A DNA stretch of 64,000 nucleotides from Octopus vulgaris (GCA_951406725.2 OX597831.1:65038001-65102000), one strand, 5' to 3'; numbered from the stretch's first letter, positions 25,927 to 40,022 are shown. Program-made: numbers and translations. Notes: generated from the letters alone by a model not told the origin.

Positions 25927-25932
<6 letters not shown>
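24130..25932 (-). mobile_element. Penelope-like retroelement (Neptune-like) with internal inversion and inverted pseudo-LTR
   Basis: Minus ORF 24480-~25135 has CGRSNCATC and NIIYVIKCSGC..YVGST (GIY-YIG); plus segment 25136-25422 is RT thumb (TDIFYKATDAKQYLLFNSCHP); 512-bp inverted arms 24171-24682 and 25421-25932; (TA)n on both sides. Confidence 0.9.
25760..25799 (+). ncRNA. Minimal type I hammerhead ribozyme, U3-A8 variant (mirror copy 24305-24344 on minus)
   Basis: Stem I AAGAAAT/ATTTCTT; core TTGAAAA; stem II GC-tacac-GC; GAA; palindromic ACCGGT; GUA site after 25792. Confidence 0.75.
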
Positions 25933-26005
<73 letters not shown>

Positions 26006-26007
26006 GG

Positions 26008-26061
<54 letters not shown>

Positions 26062-26124
26062 CATACATACATACATACATACATACATACATACATACAT
26101 ACATACATACATACTACATACATA

Positions 26125-27231
26125 TCTAATACATATGTGGAAAATCAGTGTGTGTTTGTGGCGTTGTTAGCTAACTCCTCCTACATCGTTTTATTGATTT
26201 TGATGAAACTTGACATGTGAGTAGAACTCATGTCTGGAAACCTCGTGACATACTTAGATTGCTGAAAAATTGATAATATGGCCCATGGATGGGAACTTTA
26301 TATCTACCTCATATTACTAATTTTTTTAAAAACATCCAAGGGAAATAACCTATTACATCAGTACAATGTTTTTTTAAACACTCAAGGGAAATAACCCATT
26401 TCATTGTTTATGTTCGATTACTTTGAATATTGATTTTTTTGTATGTCCAATTTCTAATTTTTGCAGACAATATCACTTTTATACTTTATTTGACACAGGA
26501 GTAGAACTCATGTCTGGAAACCTTGTGACATACTTAGATTGTTGAAAAAAATCGATAAATGAATCCTTCTATCTACTACATTTTACTAATATTTTGTTTA
26601 AACAACGCAAGGGAAATAACCCATACCACCTGCAGATTTTAGCGAAGCGATCAATATTTGATTCTCACGATCAGCTGACCTAATTTTGCTTTTCACTACT
26701 CACACTTTTGAACTGCTAAACATTATTATTGCACTTCCTTGATTTGAATATTAAACATTAAAGACTTCATTCATACATTTCTATACACACATACTTTTTT
26801 GAATGCCCATTACTCCGATAATTTTGCATTTTTACAGTTACACTTTTTCCATGACAGTAGATAAATTCTTTATTCCAAAACATATTTGTAGTGGCTTCAT
26901 GCAAGCACGGCGTGGATTCAATCCTCGATTGCCAAATTTCGCTTAACACTTCACCAGCACTTTTCTCACGGTAAAACAATAGTTTTTCTGTGAATGACAG
27001 CAGTTATACATTTCCCAGATTATACATTTCCCAGAAGCTGAATAATGTCTTTGCCTTTCGCCAACCTCCGACAATCTCTCCCTCTTCCAGCTGAGAGTTT
27101 TTTTGTACTTTTTCATGAAGGAAAATACACCTTTTGTGGCAGTTATAACGAAATTGCTTTCTTATATCGGAGTAATAAGGCGTTTCAATAGAACATCTTT
27201 ACTCCCAGGAATTACCCGCTACACCAACTAG
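26125..27231 (+). mobile_element. Probable non-autonomous Helitron with internal duplication
   Basis: A|TC 5' end, CTAG|T 3' end, degenerate hairpin; duplicated block at ~26220 and ~26500. Confidence 0.45.
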
Positions 27232-27242
27232 TATACATACAT

Positions 27243-27297
<55 letters not shown>

Positions 27298-27363
27298 CAT
27301 ACATATACATATACATACATGCATACATATATATATACATACACGCACACACACACACACACC

Positions 27364-27394
<31 letters not shown>

Positions 27395-27515
27395 ACCCAC
27401 ATAGTTCATATTCCATATACCCGTACTTCGGATTTTTGTTGCAACGTCCTGTGCCCACATGTGCATATATATATATACATATACATGTAAGTATGTACAT
27501 ATACGTATGTATATA

Positions 27516-27568
<53 letters not shown>

Positions 27569-27589
27569 GCTACTTATATCATTATATCA

Positions 27590-28235
27590 TTGAACGCCAC
27601 GCATCCTCTTCCAAGTAAGTTTTATCTTAACTCTGATGCGCACCCTATACGATCCTTTTACTCTTTCGTTTTTCTCTCTTTCTCTCTCGTATTCTTTTAC
27701 CTCCTCTTCTCCCACTATTCTATCCTATTACTCTGTCACTCTCTCTCTCTTCTTCACTCCTCCCTTGATCACGTGGCTCCCACGTGACCATCGGTCATTT
27801 TTCTTCTCCTAACTTGTGTTTCTTTCTTTCTCTCCGTTGTAGTTGGAACAAGGAAGACTTGTTCTTGTCTGTCTCCTGTCCAAGTTTGATTTACGCGTTC
27901 GCCACCACAACCTCTTTTAGGCTAGCAGACCTTCCTGTTTGTTTTCACTGTCCTGTTTGTGTTACCAATTTTGACCCTCCGCAAAACCCCAAATTTTATT
28001 TAATTTGCTTTGCGGGAGCGTATATTGATGTTATCGAAAGTGTATATTGTTGTTAAATGCTCGAAATACGAGAGTAGAAAAACAGCCAACAGCTGATGAA
28101 GGGTCATTCTTTATGTTGTTTGTCTTGTTTTCCATTTGTGTCTTTCGTTGTTCGAAAAAATAGTTCACATTCCATGTACTCGTATTTCGTACTTTTTGCT
28201 GTACACGTTTCGTGACGTCCTGTGCCCATATATGC
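27590..28235 (+). mobile_element. Longest copy of the repeat family at 2335 and 10715, between (TA)n tracts
   Basis: Sequence similarity to those copies and to 23790-23945 (minus). Confidence 0.55.
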
Positions 28236-28384
28236 ACATATATATATACGTATAGATGTAATTATGTACATATACGTATGCATTATGCATATTCATATAT
28301 ACATACATACATACATACATACATACATACATACATACATACATACATACATACATACATACGTACGTACATACATACACACAC

Positions 28385-28443
<59 letters not shown>

Positions 28444-28446
28444 TAT

Positions 28447-28499
<53 letters not shown>

Positions 28500-30066
28500 A
28501 CAGAACCTCCTTAAAGTAATTCAATTAATAATGAAAGATATTATCTATAATCTATAATACCTGTTGCGGTAATAGAGTTAATTGAGGCCTTAAAGATACT
28601 TTTCACTCATGTGGTATTGTATCTACCCCGAGCATATTTAGTATCTCTTTGTATCTCTTCTTATCTCTTTGCAGGTTTTCCTTATTCGCTCAGTAAGCTG
28701 TAATACCGTAAACACCTTACCAATATGTTAATGTTATTAAGGCGGTGAGCTGGAAAAAACAGGTTGGAGAGTAGCTGAAACTATTCTTCTAGACATGTCC
28801 CTTCATAACTCACACACAATAAAAATCCCAATGATCCCCAGGAGGTTCACTCATTGTTGTGCTGAAATTGTATGGGCAAAAAGCAAGGCCGGCAACTTCT
28901 GGTGAAACTCACCTACCTTAGAACTAGCAATGTAACATCTGCAAAGCTATTATCCGATCTGCGAAAGATGACTTCGTCGCATCGTGTGAAGCTATCTCAT
29001 CTTCAAAATTACGACTGATACTTTTGATCTTTTGCTCAAAACTCCACCAAATTTAACAGAATCGTCTTTCCCTCCACTTCATATCAGCAATATTTCTGTG
29101 AGTAGAACCCTAATAGGGAAAGCCTCAAACATTGCTAACCTCTTTTAGAGCCAACACCAAACAACATGCACTTGGCAAATTCCCTCAATTTCTATTCCCT
29201 TTCACACTTCCAGGTTCACTGCATTAGATACACATACACCAGGTGTAAAAATACCTTCAGTCACTTCAAACCACCAAGGCTATCAGTGTCCCGTTACGGC
29301 CAAACATTGCAATCCAAAGATATCCCTATAGTCTCCAAACTCTCTAATCTATTCTGCTGTCTATTCACACGGCCTCTTCTACTGCTACTACAATAGTTTC
29401 TGCTCAGTGTCAGGTCAAGCTAGTAGTAAAATTACAGGTTCCACACCAAGTTCTAAATGCTTTATTTCTATAGAACCAATTTGCCTTCAACTTTTATGAA
29501 TAACTGGTTATTTCCAATATTGTCAACATCCAATACACTTTAATTTAAACAAGTTCCAATGTTCAAAATAAATGCCAATGGCAGATGGACAAACTTATTA
29601 AAATTTTTATTAGATGCAAATAAATACATTTGTCGTTCTGTTTCTGTCTCTCGAAATATTAAAGTCATCATACAATAAATTGAGTTTAATTATTATTTTT
29701 TCTCATAAATAGGATCGGTAGATTGAATTAGATTATTACTAACAGACTCTCAAATGCTAGCCAGTCTCATTAAATTAAATTTGAATTTTTAAACAATAAA
29801 TATTTCATTTTGTTGAATTTCTGCTTTAACCTTTTGCTGTTAAACTATACTATAGTGCAAGTAATTTGCGCATCATAATGACCGCAGCATTATAAAATCA
29901 AGATCTGCAAATCAAATTCGCCATATAATTTATTGCATCCAAGCCATCATTTTCCAGGGTTGATTTAATCATCTAAATGTCTCAAACATATTAGCTAGCA
30001 GGTAAATATAAGACCCTTAGTGGAAACTTCTAATCATTTCCATAACCCCTACTCTGGTGTCAGCGG

Positions 30067-30106
<40 letters not shown>

Positions 30107-30254
30107 TTAAAAGTACAAAGTGAGGTAGGGGTTATGAGTGTAACCCACTATGGGATATCAGTTATCCAATATACTGCTGGTGAAGCACCCAGAAGGCAAA
30201 TACATAAATGCTTATATTGACCCTCCAAATAGATTGCTGGATCTATCAAAATAA

Positions 30255-30616
30255 TCTCTATATGTAAACGGCAAAATGTCTGTGTGTGTGTCCTTTATAC
30301 AAATCGACAATTTTTTAGTTAGAGAGCTCACACTTTCTATGGTCATTCAAAACCGTCCAAGGGTGGTCGTGCACATCTTTACATTTCCCCAGTCACCCCG
30401 CAAAGCCATTAAAAAATCAATAGAAGTGACTTTTTTGTGAATTTTCTATCCAAAACCCAATCAAAATGCCCGGAACTTGATACGCCAATTGAATGCCAGC
30501 TAGCTGTATGTGATTGGTCGGAGATTTGGACAGTACTCGCGTGTATGTGCGCACGCATGCAGCTGTATATGCATGCACTAGCCCTATGACCTGGCGTTGC
30601 CGGGTCACAGTGCTAG
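30255..30616 (+). mobile_element. Non-autonomous Helitron
   Basis: A|TC start; 3' hairpin TGACCTGGC-GTT-GCCGGGTCA then CTAG|T. Confidence 0.75.
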
Positions 30617-32394
30617 TTCTTTATCGAATACTGTTCGATCAAATATTTTTTTTTAAATTAGAGACTTTTTCTAATATATGCTACAGCAACCTAAACTAAC
30701 CTAAGTCCGGGCCTGCCTCTGTCCCTCAGAGCTACCTAGTTCCGAACCAGTTCCACCTAAACCGTCTCTCCTCAATCGTTGTCCCCTTTCAAATCCCATA
30801 CTAACCACTATACCCATTCCTTCTTTCCCAGACTGTTAACCAACTGAAATTCCCTTCCACCTATAATTTCCCCCTCTAAACGTCGACTTGGGGGTATTCC
30901 AAGTGAGCAACGACCGTGTGGCGAGTGACTAGTATCTTAGCGAGTTGCACTTTACAGACCCTCGAAAGTTCTGGGTTACTCCTTATCATGTTCGTTGCAT
31001 TTTAGTATCGCTAACATTTATTTTCAAAATAAATATACAGATTTGTATTGTTGACCTCGCAAGCTTGCTGAATATAAGATGGAAAAATAAATAGTGTCTT
31101 ATCTCAAGAGTCGTTTATAAACGAGACTCTTGATAAGAAAATTTAGAATACATTTGTAGAGCTAGAGACCTTGAAATATGAACATAGAGAAATTTGTTGA
31201 ACTAAATTTGTACAACATCGTTACAGTCGTTTACTTCTTATGGTTGGTTTAATTATTAATATTTGCTCGTTTTTGTTGATATTTATTCAGTTATTAGTTA
31301 TCAAATGACTTCCTTTTTTACGTTTTGCATTCACATCTTTGCTTTTCCTTTCTCTTTCTCTCCCGTTCCCTCCCTTTCAACTAAGTTTCTTTTTCTCTCT
31401 TTTATTTCCACTTTCGCCCAACCCATGCACACTACTACCCTCCACATAGCCCAGATTGTCTTTTTATGAATATATAGCAGTTTTCTATAACGTTAAACGT
31501 TCAGTATTTGAAGTTGTCATCTTAGGAAGGTAGGTACACTGATTTTCTATAGCAATCTGTGATAACTTTAGTTCTTCTTTTATAAGTTTTTTTTGTGTTT
31601 GAAATCTTCCCAGTAATTTACGAAATAAAAGCTGGTGCGACCCGAAATAACTGATATATATATATAGATTTTTTTTTTTCGGCTTTTTTGTTTTTAACAG
31701 TCAGTCGCTTTAACGCTAGGTAGGGAAAATGTTGAGTCGGGTGCTTACACAAACAGATCGGGGTACTAATAATAATGTGACTACGTGTTGTTTTCCCACG
31801 TGTTTTTAACACTTAAAAACCGTGTAAGTATACATGTATATATCCGTGCTACTTACATGTGTGGATGTTTTGTACACATCCACACGTCGATGTATCCACA
31901 CTTTCCATTTTGATTGGTGTTGTATACATGTAACATGTATACATGTTACGATTTTCGTTTTCATAAAATATGACAACTTTCTTCACTACTTCTCTCAACT
32001 CACAATTTGTGTTTCGTGGCCTACACCCCCCCCTACACACACACTCACAATACATACGTGCATACATACATACATACATACATACACACCTACATACATA
32101 CTTATAATCACTCACTGTCACGTACACACACACTTATGTAGAGTTTAATAAAAACCAAACTTAAGCAACAATAACTCATGACTGTTGTAGTTCAGATCAC
32201 ACACACACCCCCACCTCGGTCTATTTCTTGTCGAGATGAGCTATGATCAAAAGTGTTCCGATCGTGACCATCCAGTATTATTTCAGGCCTTTAATATATC
32301 TAGAGCTACATTATTCAATGTGTCCGTCCTGGTAGAAGACGAGCTCATCGGGTGACTATCTATCTAGAAGCCTCCGCTTTGGTTCGAACTCGCT

Positions 32395-32471
<77 letters not shown>

Positions 32472-33374
32472 CGTGTGTGTGTGTGCGTGTGTGTTTGTGT
32501 GTGTGTAAAATGTAGATAAATAGTTTGAATTTGTTAATGAGCGAAAAATGACGTGTTCGCAGGCGAGAATCGAACGTGCCACCTAGTCTCAACAGGGAGC
32601 TCACAGCTTTTCACTAGTAAAATTAAGCTATAAATGTTTAAACTACAATTATAACATCACACACAAACACATTCTCCTGCAGATTACATGTATCTGTGAT
32701 TTCTTGTAATGACACATATTTCACAATTTCTCCTGTGTTTTAAGTAGATAGAACATGGTTATTACGACTTTCTGGTTTTTTTTACATTTCTTAACAAGTG
32801 TCAGCGGTGTTCGTGTATTGTGTAAAATTAACTCAAATGTTGACGTTGCAGCGAAATGCATTCGTGAGAAATCGCTGCAGCCATTAAACTTTGCACAGCA
32901 GTGCAATGACATGTTAAGAACCAGGGAATTCATTCTTAAATATTATCCTGGTGAAACATGTATTTATTCCTCAGCCATCTTAGTAAAGGGTACAAAGTCT
33001 TACATCAAAACATCTTGATATTCAACCTTCAAGTTTGACCTTGACATAGAGTTTATATAGGAGTTTATTAGTTAAATCAGCAGGATTGGCAAGAGGTGTT
33101 CTCGATTAATCATGGCTTCTGCATTTCATAATTAAAAGTTTTAAAGTGTTTTTTAATTCTTTCTAATTAGCACTCGTTTAAAGTAGTGTTGTTCCTTATT
33201 TTTATCTCTCTATGAAAATATCCTAATTGGTTTTCAGATAACGTGTTTTAAAGTTGAGAACATTTATCTTCTCTGTTTATTGCAGGCCTGTGGAATACAA
33301 AACAATAAAATAGAATGAAATGTTAGCAATAACTTTAACTATTAACATCAATACATTGTATCTATGCAATTCGT

Positions 33375-33462
<88 letters not shown>

Positions 33463-33464
<2 letters not shown>

Positions 33465-33706
33465 ATTCGTTTTTGGATTTGGTTTGCAAGATTCTTTATA
33501 TGAGGTCGTGTGTTGAAGCATATTCTGTTGTGTCTGGGGAGAGTCATTTTCTTTTTGCGCCTTATAATGTTACAAAACTAATGAAAAGATTGCAAGATGC
33601 AACGAAAATTTTAGGAAAATAAAAATAAGAAAAAAATGGAAATTTTACCGGTGAGTGTGTTATATTATAAGGCACAAAAAGAAAATAACTCTCCCCAAAC
33701 ACAACA

Positions 33707-33707
<1 letters not shown>
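33463..33707. mobile_element. Fold-back Penelope-like terminal-repeat remnant (same family as 58756-59085 and 61380-61558)
   Basis: Inverted arms, (TA)n on both sides, hammerhead-like ATGAAAAG-TTGC..GCAA-CGAAAATTT. Confidence 0.6.
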
Positions 33708-33803
<96 letters not shown>

Positions 33804-33859
33804 TGATTGATTCCAGTTCCAGCCTATGAGCTGTGGCCATGCTGGGGCACACCGGAGTA

Positions 33860-34052
33860 AACACATAAATGTGAAACAAGGTGGAAAAAAGAGTACTCAA
33901 ATACCAGAGGTAGAGTAATATGCTTTATTTAAAGCAGCAGAGATATAACAAAAGCTGTTACTCAGAGTTTCCAGTCCGACGAACGGGAACATGAAACTCT
34001 GAGTATAACTCTGAGTATAACTTTTGTTATATTTCTGCTGCTTTTAAATAAA

Positions 34053-34053
<1 letters not shown>
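33860..34053. mobile_element. Fold-back Penelope-like terminal-repeat remnant
   Basis: Arms ~33922-33971 and 33993-34053; hammerhead-like CCGACGA...GAAACTCTGAGTA. Confidence 0.55.
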
Positions 34054-34109
<56 letters not shown>

Positions 34110-34922
34110 GTGTGTATACATAAATATGTGTGTGTGTGTAATCGGATGTTTATGTATGTGTGTGTGTGTGTAAGCATGTGTATATGTGTGTGTGTGTTTT
34201 ATTTTTTTTTTTAAACCAAAGCAATGCAAGTTATAAAAATAATACATATTTATACACATGGATGTACGTTCACCTCCCTGTTGGTACAGGTAAATGTGTT
34301 GGCGTAGGAAAATATTGTTTCTGTAGACAAAAAAGCATTTCCGCGTATCTCTCTGTTCTTATAGGAAAGTGTTCGTATGTGTGTGTATATTTAATTTATA
34401 AATATGTGTGTGTGTGTGTGTATGTGTGTGTGTGTGTGTGTGTGTATGAATGTATGAGAGAGAGAGTGTGGGGTGGATTATCAATCCGGACAAAATACTT
34501 AGTACACCAGGCTAACGGTACTGTTTAGATTAGTAAAGAACTCCGAGTATTCAGGTGGTAGGATCTACATTGTAAATCCGTGGTTGTGTTCCAGTTATAC
34601 TGTTGTTTTTGTTTTTTTGTTTTTGGTTTTTTGTTGTTTTTTTTACACAGTGATTTATATATATTACTTTATTGTAGTAAATTTAACTTACAGGTGTTTC
34701 CAGTAATCATTAAAGGTTCGATATTGATTGGTTTACTCAATCGGTCCACTGATCAGTTGAGAAAAAATTGATCCTTCAGGTCGTTCCATTTTTCTCAACC
34801 GATCAAAGGGTCAATTAAGTAAACCCATCAATAACGAACCTATAATGGCTACTGCAAACAACTGTAAGTCAAATTTACTATAATAAAGTAATATGTAACG
34901 ACCATCATTTATACCTTGTTTT

Positions 34923-34946
34923 ATGGATGGATGGATGGATGGATGG

Positions 34947-34982
<36 letters not shown>

Positions 34983-35100
34983 ATGGATGGACGGACGGAC
35001 GGACGGATGGATGGACGGACGGACGGGTGGATGGATGGATGGACGGACGGACGGACGGACGGATGGATGGACGGACGGACGGGTGGATGGACAGATGGAC
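34923..35100. repeat. (GGAT)n/(GGAC)n microsatellite
   Basis: Direct inspection. Confidence 0.95.
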
Positions 35101-35930
35101 GGGGGGTGGGTGGGTATACGGTGGTTGTGGGCGGGGCACCTAACCTTGACATTTCACTTCCATGGTCAAAGAAAGCTTTCGTTGGGGTTTTAGGGTGGCT
35201 TTGTTGAACCCTATGTATCTTGATGTATCTTTAATGTGCCTGTGATTTTTCTTCGAAATCTGTTTTATTTTTCTGTTTAATAATGTCTTTGTTTGTGTAT
35301 TTTGTTTTGTCCTGAAATATCCTTCTGTGCGCGCGCGCGGATGTGTTTATCGGTGACCTTTTGGAGTACAATGTCTATAAATAAAATATATCTATTGTCA
35401 AGTTAATATATTGGACTACCAACTGTCGTGATTTAATACCTTCTCACCTCACACCAAACATGCAAAAATCTATATTCTTTCAGTGACCTAGTATCTGAAT
35501 AAACTTATTCGTGTTTCAGTGGACAAACTGACACACACCTAGGCACTTACTTCCCTGGCCAAGCTCTCATCAATTCCTTTAAATATCATTTGAAGAGGAA
35601 GGTGTGGGTAGAGAGAGAGGCGCTGCTTCCTAGTGTGTTTATCAAAAGGTGGATGAGAGTGGCAAGACAGAGACTGAATGGATTTACTCTGAGTATGCTT
35701 TTCTAAGCAGGAGAAAAGAAACTGGAAGATGGCAGAGTAATCTGAGATTTTTGCATGGAGTTTACCCCGAATTATCCTAAGTGGACTGCCTCACTATTGG
35801 GGATTTTGTTAATCAATTATTTATTTATTTCTCTAACTTCTATTTATATATTCTTTATTATATCATTTAATATTTTAGTGTCTCCCTTTGATTGATGTAA
35901 ACTCCCACCTGTTTTGTGTATTGTATCTCA

Positions 35931-36375
35931 GGATCTTTTCGGTTTGACCGGCAGTTTTTTAAAAATAATTTCTAGGTAACTAAAAAATGTTAAACTTCGT
36001 ATACTGGTAGAATGTGTTTATAAAACATCTTTTTCTCTTGGCTTTATTGAGAAAATTCTATAGTTTGTAAGATATTTGTTGTTGTTTTTTTTCTTCAATT
36101 TCTACAATTTCAACCAATCAATGACATCTATTGAGGTAAAAAAAACATTCTGTGCCATATGAATATGTCCCTCGTTTAAGAAACAGATTGGGTTTATTTA
36201 CATTTGTGAAGAAAAAAAGATACCCTTCCCCCACCCCTAACCCCAACCCTAACTAACCCTAACCCTAACCCTAAAACAGATTGAAATGCAATAGATCGAT
36301 ACTAGGGTCATAATTATGGGTGACAATTTCATATGACACCGCTAGAAAAAACTGCCGTTCAAACCGAAAAGATCC
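35931..36375 (-). mobile_element. TTAGGG-bearing MITE, copy 2
   Basis: Same TIRs; near-TSD GTATCTCA/GTATCTGA. Confidence 0.85.
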
Positions 36376-36587
36376 GTATCTGATTCTTTGTTATTGCCCC
36401 TCCATGTCTTGGGCCCTTGTGGTCAATAAAAGAAATCATTACTATTACTACTTTAAATATCTGTTCCCTTTCACATTAATCTCATTCTGTTATACTAATT
36501 TAAAACTCAATATCAATTTCCCCTTTTATTTTTCCAGCTGACTCTTTAGATTTTATGCTTTGTCTCTTCCAACTCTGATCAGTAAAG

Positions 36588-36723
36588 ATGGTTGATGCTG
36601 TAACACAGTCAAAGGGGTTTTCGGAAGAGAAGGAGTATTCCTTCTTGGAACACCTTTGTTCCTTGGATATTGATACACCTCAGGTAAAGATGCCGCATAT
36701 GACCAGCATCATAGCTACTGTAG
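36588..36723 (+). CDS. PKM: Pyruvate kinase-like coding exon 1
   Basis: MVDAV...SFLEHLCSLDIDTP...TSIIATVG, like PKM TFLEHMCRLDID...TGIICTIG; donor G|GTGAGT, phase 1. Confidence 0.9.
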
Positions 36724-37184
36724 GTGAGTACAATTTTTCATTTATTTTGCTTTTGAAAACCATGTTCCTTCTTTTTTGTAGCAAGAATTTTCGACAAAAA
36801 TAATAAATCACTTCACCTTTTACAATTAACTATCTAATTTGGATGATTTAACAGAAGAATTAACAAATAGATTATGATTTAAAATAAAAGATTTCTTAGA
36901 AAGTTTCAGATTTCTAGAGAAGCACTTGGAATTCTTTTCCCAAAAACATTTGCATTGTAAAGGAAGCAATGTCAATTTAGTACCAAAATCACCATATTAT
37001 CAATCAAAATAGTGAAAACAAACGAAAGTAAATGTGTTCTAGTTATTATCACACATTAACAGATAGTTTTTAAATTCAAGAATTGATAATGTTGGGTAAG
37101 GGTCATGTACAATAGACTCTGGTTAATTGATGTTTTGTGTGTGATATTTGGTAGATGGAAACTGTACAAGAAATCTGCCATATA

Positions 37185-37345
37185 TGTGTTGTAGTCAAAA
37201 AGTATCCGACCTTTGACCAAAAAACAAGTAATGTTAAAAAAAAATCACCATTTTGATTTAGTCTCCTTCAAAGAATTTACTTTGGGAGTCTACACACTTC
37301 TGCCAGTGTTCCTGCCACTGGTGGAAACATTTCTGGAAATCACTT
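37185..37345 (-). mobile_element. 3' end of a mariner-type element
   Basis: Minus strand FQKCFHQWQEHWQKCVDSQSKFFEGD* followed by TIR-like sequence. Confidence 0.55.
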
Positions 37346-37364
37346 TTTGGGATGTTGTAGATGC

Positions 37365-37515
37365 TTGTTGTTGTTGTTGTTGTTGCTGGATTTCTTCTTC
37401 TTCTTCTTCTTCTTCTTCTTCTTCTTCTTCTTCTTCTTCTTCTTCTTCTTCTTCTTCTTCTTCTTCTTCTTCTTCTTCTTCTTCTTCTTCTTCTTCTTGC
37501 TGTTGTTGTTGTTGC
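37365..37515. repeat. (TTG)n-(TTC)n-(TTG)n microsatellite
   Basis: Direct inspection. Confidence 0.95.
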
Positions 37516-38071
37516 TAATTTTGAGTCAGCTTTGTTATTATTATTCCTGGTAGAATTTATGTGGGTAGCAAGTCACCTTAGACATCCACAAGCTTTCAAT
37601 AATCTTTCAAGGGCTCAAAACCCTTCTGATAATCTTCCCTGTCCCTAAGAGGCAAACTTTCTGTAGAAGCTCTACAGGACATTCTGTTCCACTCTCCTTC
37701 AACCATTTGTCTGTAGCATTATTCACAGTTCCCTAATTATTACCAATTATTACAGGCTCAATCTTTACAGTTTCCATCATACTCCAAATTCTCACAATTT
37801 CAAATTTTAAGGGATTGTATTTTTTTTTCATTTTTCTTCCTCTTTCGTTACAATCCTGGAATTGAATGGACATGATGCATCAATTAGTAAGCAATTCGCT
37901 TTTCCTTGTCTATTACACTTATGTCTGGTTTATTATTTTCTAGCTTCTTATCTGTTTGAATGGGAAAATTCTATAAATTCTTGCATTTCTCCAACTCAAA
38001 CACTCTTTCAACCTAATGATCACACCAAGCACTTCCAGTTTTAAATCCCAGTTTCTGACAAAGCTTCCATA

Positions 38072-39116
38072 TTTTGCTGACACCTTTGACCCAAACTTTC
38101 ACATTTTGCTTACACCTTCGACCCAAACTTTCACCTTTTGCTGACACCTTCTACCCAAACTTTTACCTTTTGCTGACACCTTCAACCCAAACTTTCACCT
38201 TTTGCTGACACCTTCTACCCAAACTTTCACCTTTTGCTGACACCTTCTACCCAAACTTTCACCTTTTGCTGACACCTTCTACCCAAACTTTCACATTTTG
38301 CTGACACCTTCAACCCAAACTTTCACCTTTTGCTGACACCTTCAACCCAAACTTTCACATTTTGCTGACACCTTCTACCCAAACTTTCACCTTTTGCTGA
38401 CACCTTCTACCCAAACTTTCACATTTTGCTGACACCTTCTACCCAAACTTTCACCTTTTGCTGACACCTTCAACCCAAACTTTCACATTTTGCTGACACC
38501 TTCTACCCAAACTTTCACCTTTTGCTGACACCTTCAACCCAAACTTTCACATTTTGCTGACACCTTCTACCCAAACTTTCACCTTTTGCTGACACCTTCA
38601 ACCCAAACTTTTACATTTTGCTGACACCTTCTACCCAAACTTTCACCTTTTGCTGACACCTTCTACCCAAACTTTCACATTTTGCTGACACCTTCTACCC
38701 AAACTTTCACCTTTTGCTGACACCTTCAACCCAAACTTTCACATTTTGCTGACACCTTCTACCCAAACTTTCACATTTTGCTGACACCTTCTACCCAAAC
38801 TTTCACATTTTGCTGACACCTTCTACCCAAACTTTCACATTTTGCTGACACCTTCTACCCAAACTTTCACATTTTGCTGACACCTTCAACCCAAACTTTC
38901 ACATTTTGCTGACACCTTCTACCCAAACTTTCACATTTTGCTGACACCTTCTACCCAAACTTTCACATTTTGCTGACACCTTCTACCCAAACTTTCACCT
39001 TTTGCTGACACCTTCAACCCAAACTTTCACATTTTGCTGACACCTTCTACCCAAACTTTCACCTTTTGCTGACACCTTCAACCCAAACTTTCACATTTTG
39101 CTGACACCTTCTACCC
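38072..39116. repeat. 32-bp minisatellite, ~33 copies
   Basis: Unit TTTTGCTGACACCTTC(T/A)ACCCAAACTTTCAC(A/C). Confidence 0.95.
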
Positions 39117-39950
39117 ATACACGTATTTTCTTGAGATGTTTGATTTCAAAACTTGATCTTGAACTGTTATTATAAGGCCCTATGTTTCTTTTTTTTTAAC
39201 TGCTCATTTTTAAACCAAGCCCAGGTTGTTCCACATACATCCTCAATGGCTTTTCAAAACTGACCGTGCAAAGGTTTCTCTTCAGTCTGCTCTCTTGAAT
39301 TTCATTTTTATCCTTTTCTCTCATTCCAAACTGATCACCTGTTCTTTATCCACTGCCTTTAGTAATTTCTTTGTGTTCTCTAGATATTCTAGTAGGCATT
39401 TTCTTTCTGTCTGTACACACTCCTCCTCAGCCGTTAAGCCTCTTTCACTCTGGTCTCTCTTCAAGTACAGCTGATAAATATCACCTTTTGGATGGTGGGC
39501 TCCATACATTGCCAACAGCTTTCTAGTTTTTTCTGTTAAGTTCCTGTATGTCACTGTTTGACTGTAATATTTCTTCACTTTCCTATGTGTAGTTCATTTC
39601 ATTTCTTCATGTTTTATTTCATCTGCCTGCTGCATTCCCAAATACTTATCACACTGTCCTTTCTCAACTGCTTTTTTATTGTTTGTCCATTTGGCATTTC
39701 AATTTCCTGGATCTTTTCAAATCTTCCTTCTTTCATTACCAATATAGTATACTTTTCAATTCCAAATTCTACACCTACATCATTTCATGTAGAAAAGGTG
39801 AACGTGGTAAGTAGCTTGCTAACCAACCACATGGTTCCAGGTTCAGTCCCACTGCGTGGCATCTTGGGCATATAGCCCCAGGCCGACCAATGCCTTGTGA
39901 GTGGATTTGGTAGACGGAAACTGAAAGAAGCCTGTCGTATATATTATGTC

Positions 39951-40022
<72 letters not shown>

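Noticed and set aside
32530-35760. Promoter or first non-coding exon of the PK-like gene
   Set aside because: CpG-retaining patches and a TGACGT motif are present, but no start site or donor can be supported from sequence alone
1-36500. Many 60-160 aa ORFs rich in YI, HT, CV, ER, DGWM or poly-T/A
   Set aside because: Translations of microsatellites with no domain content
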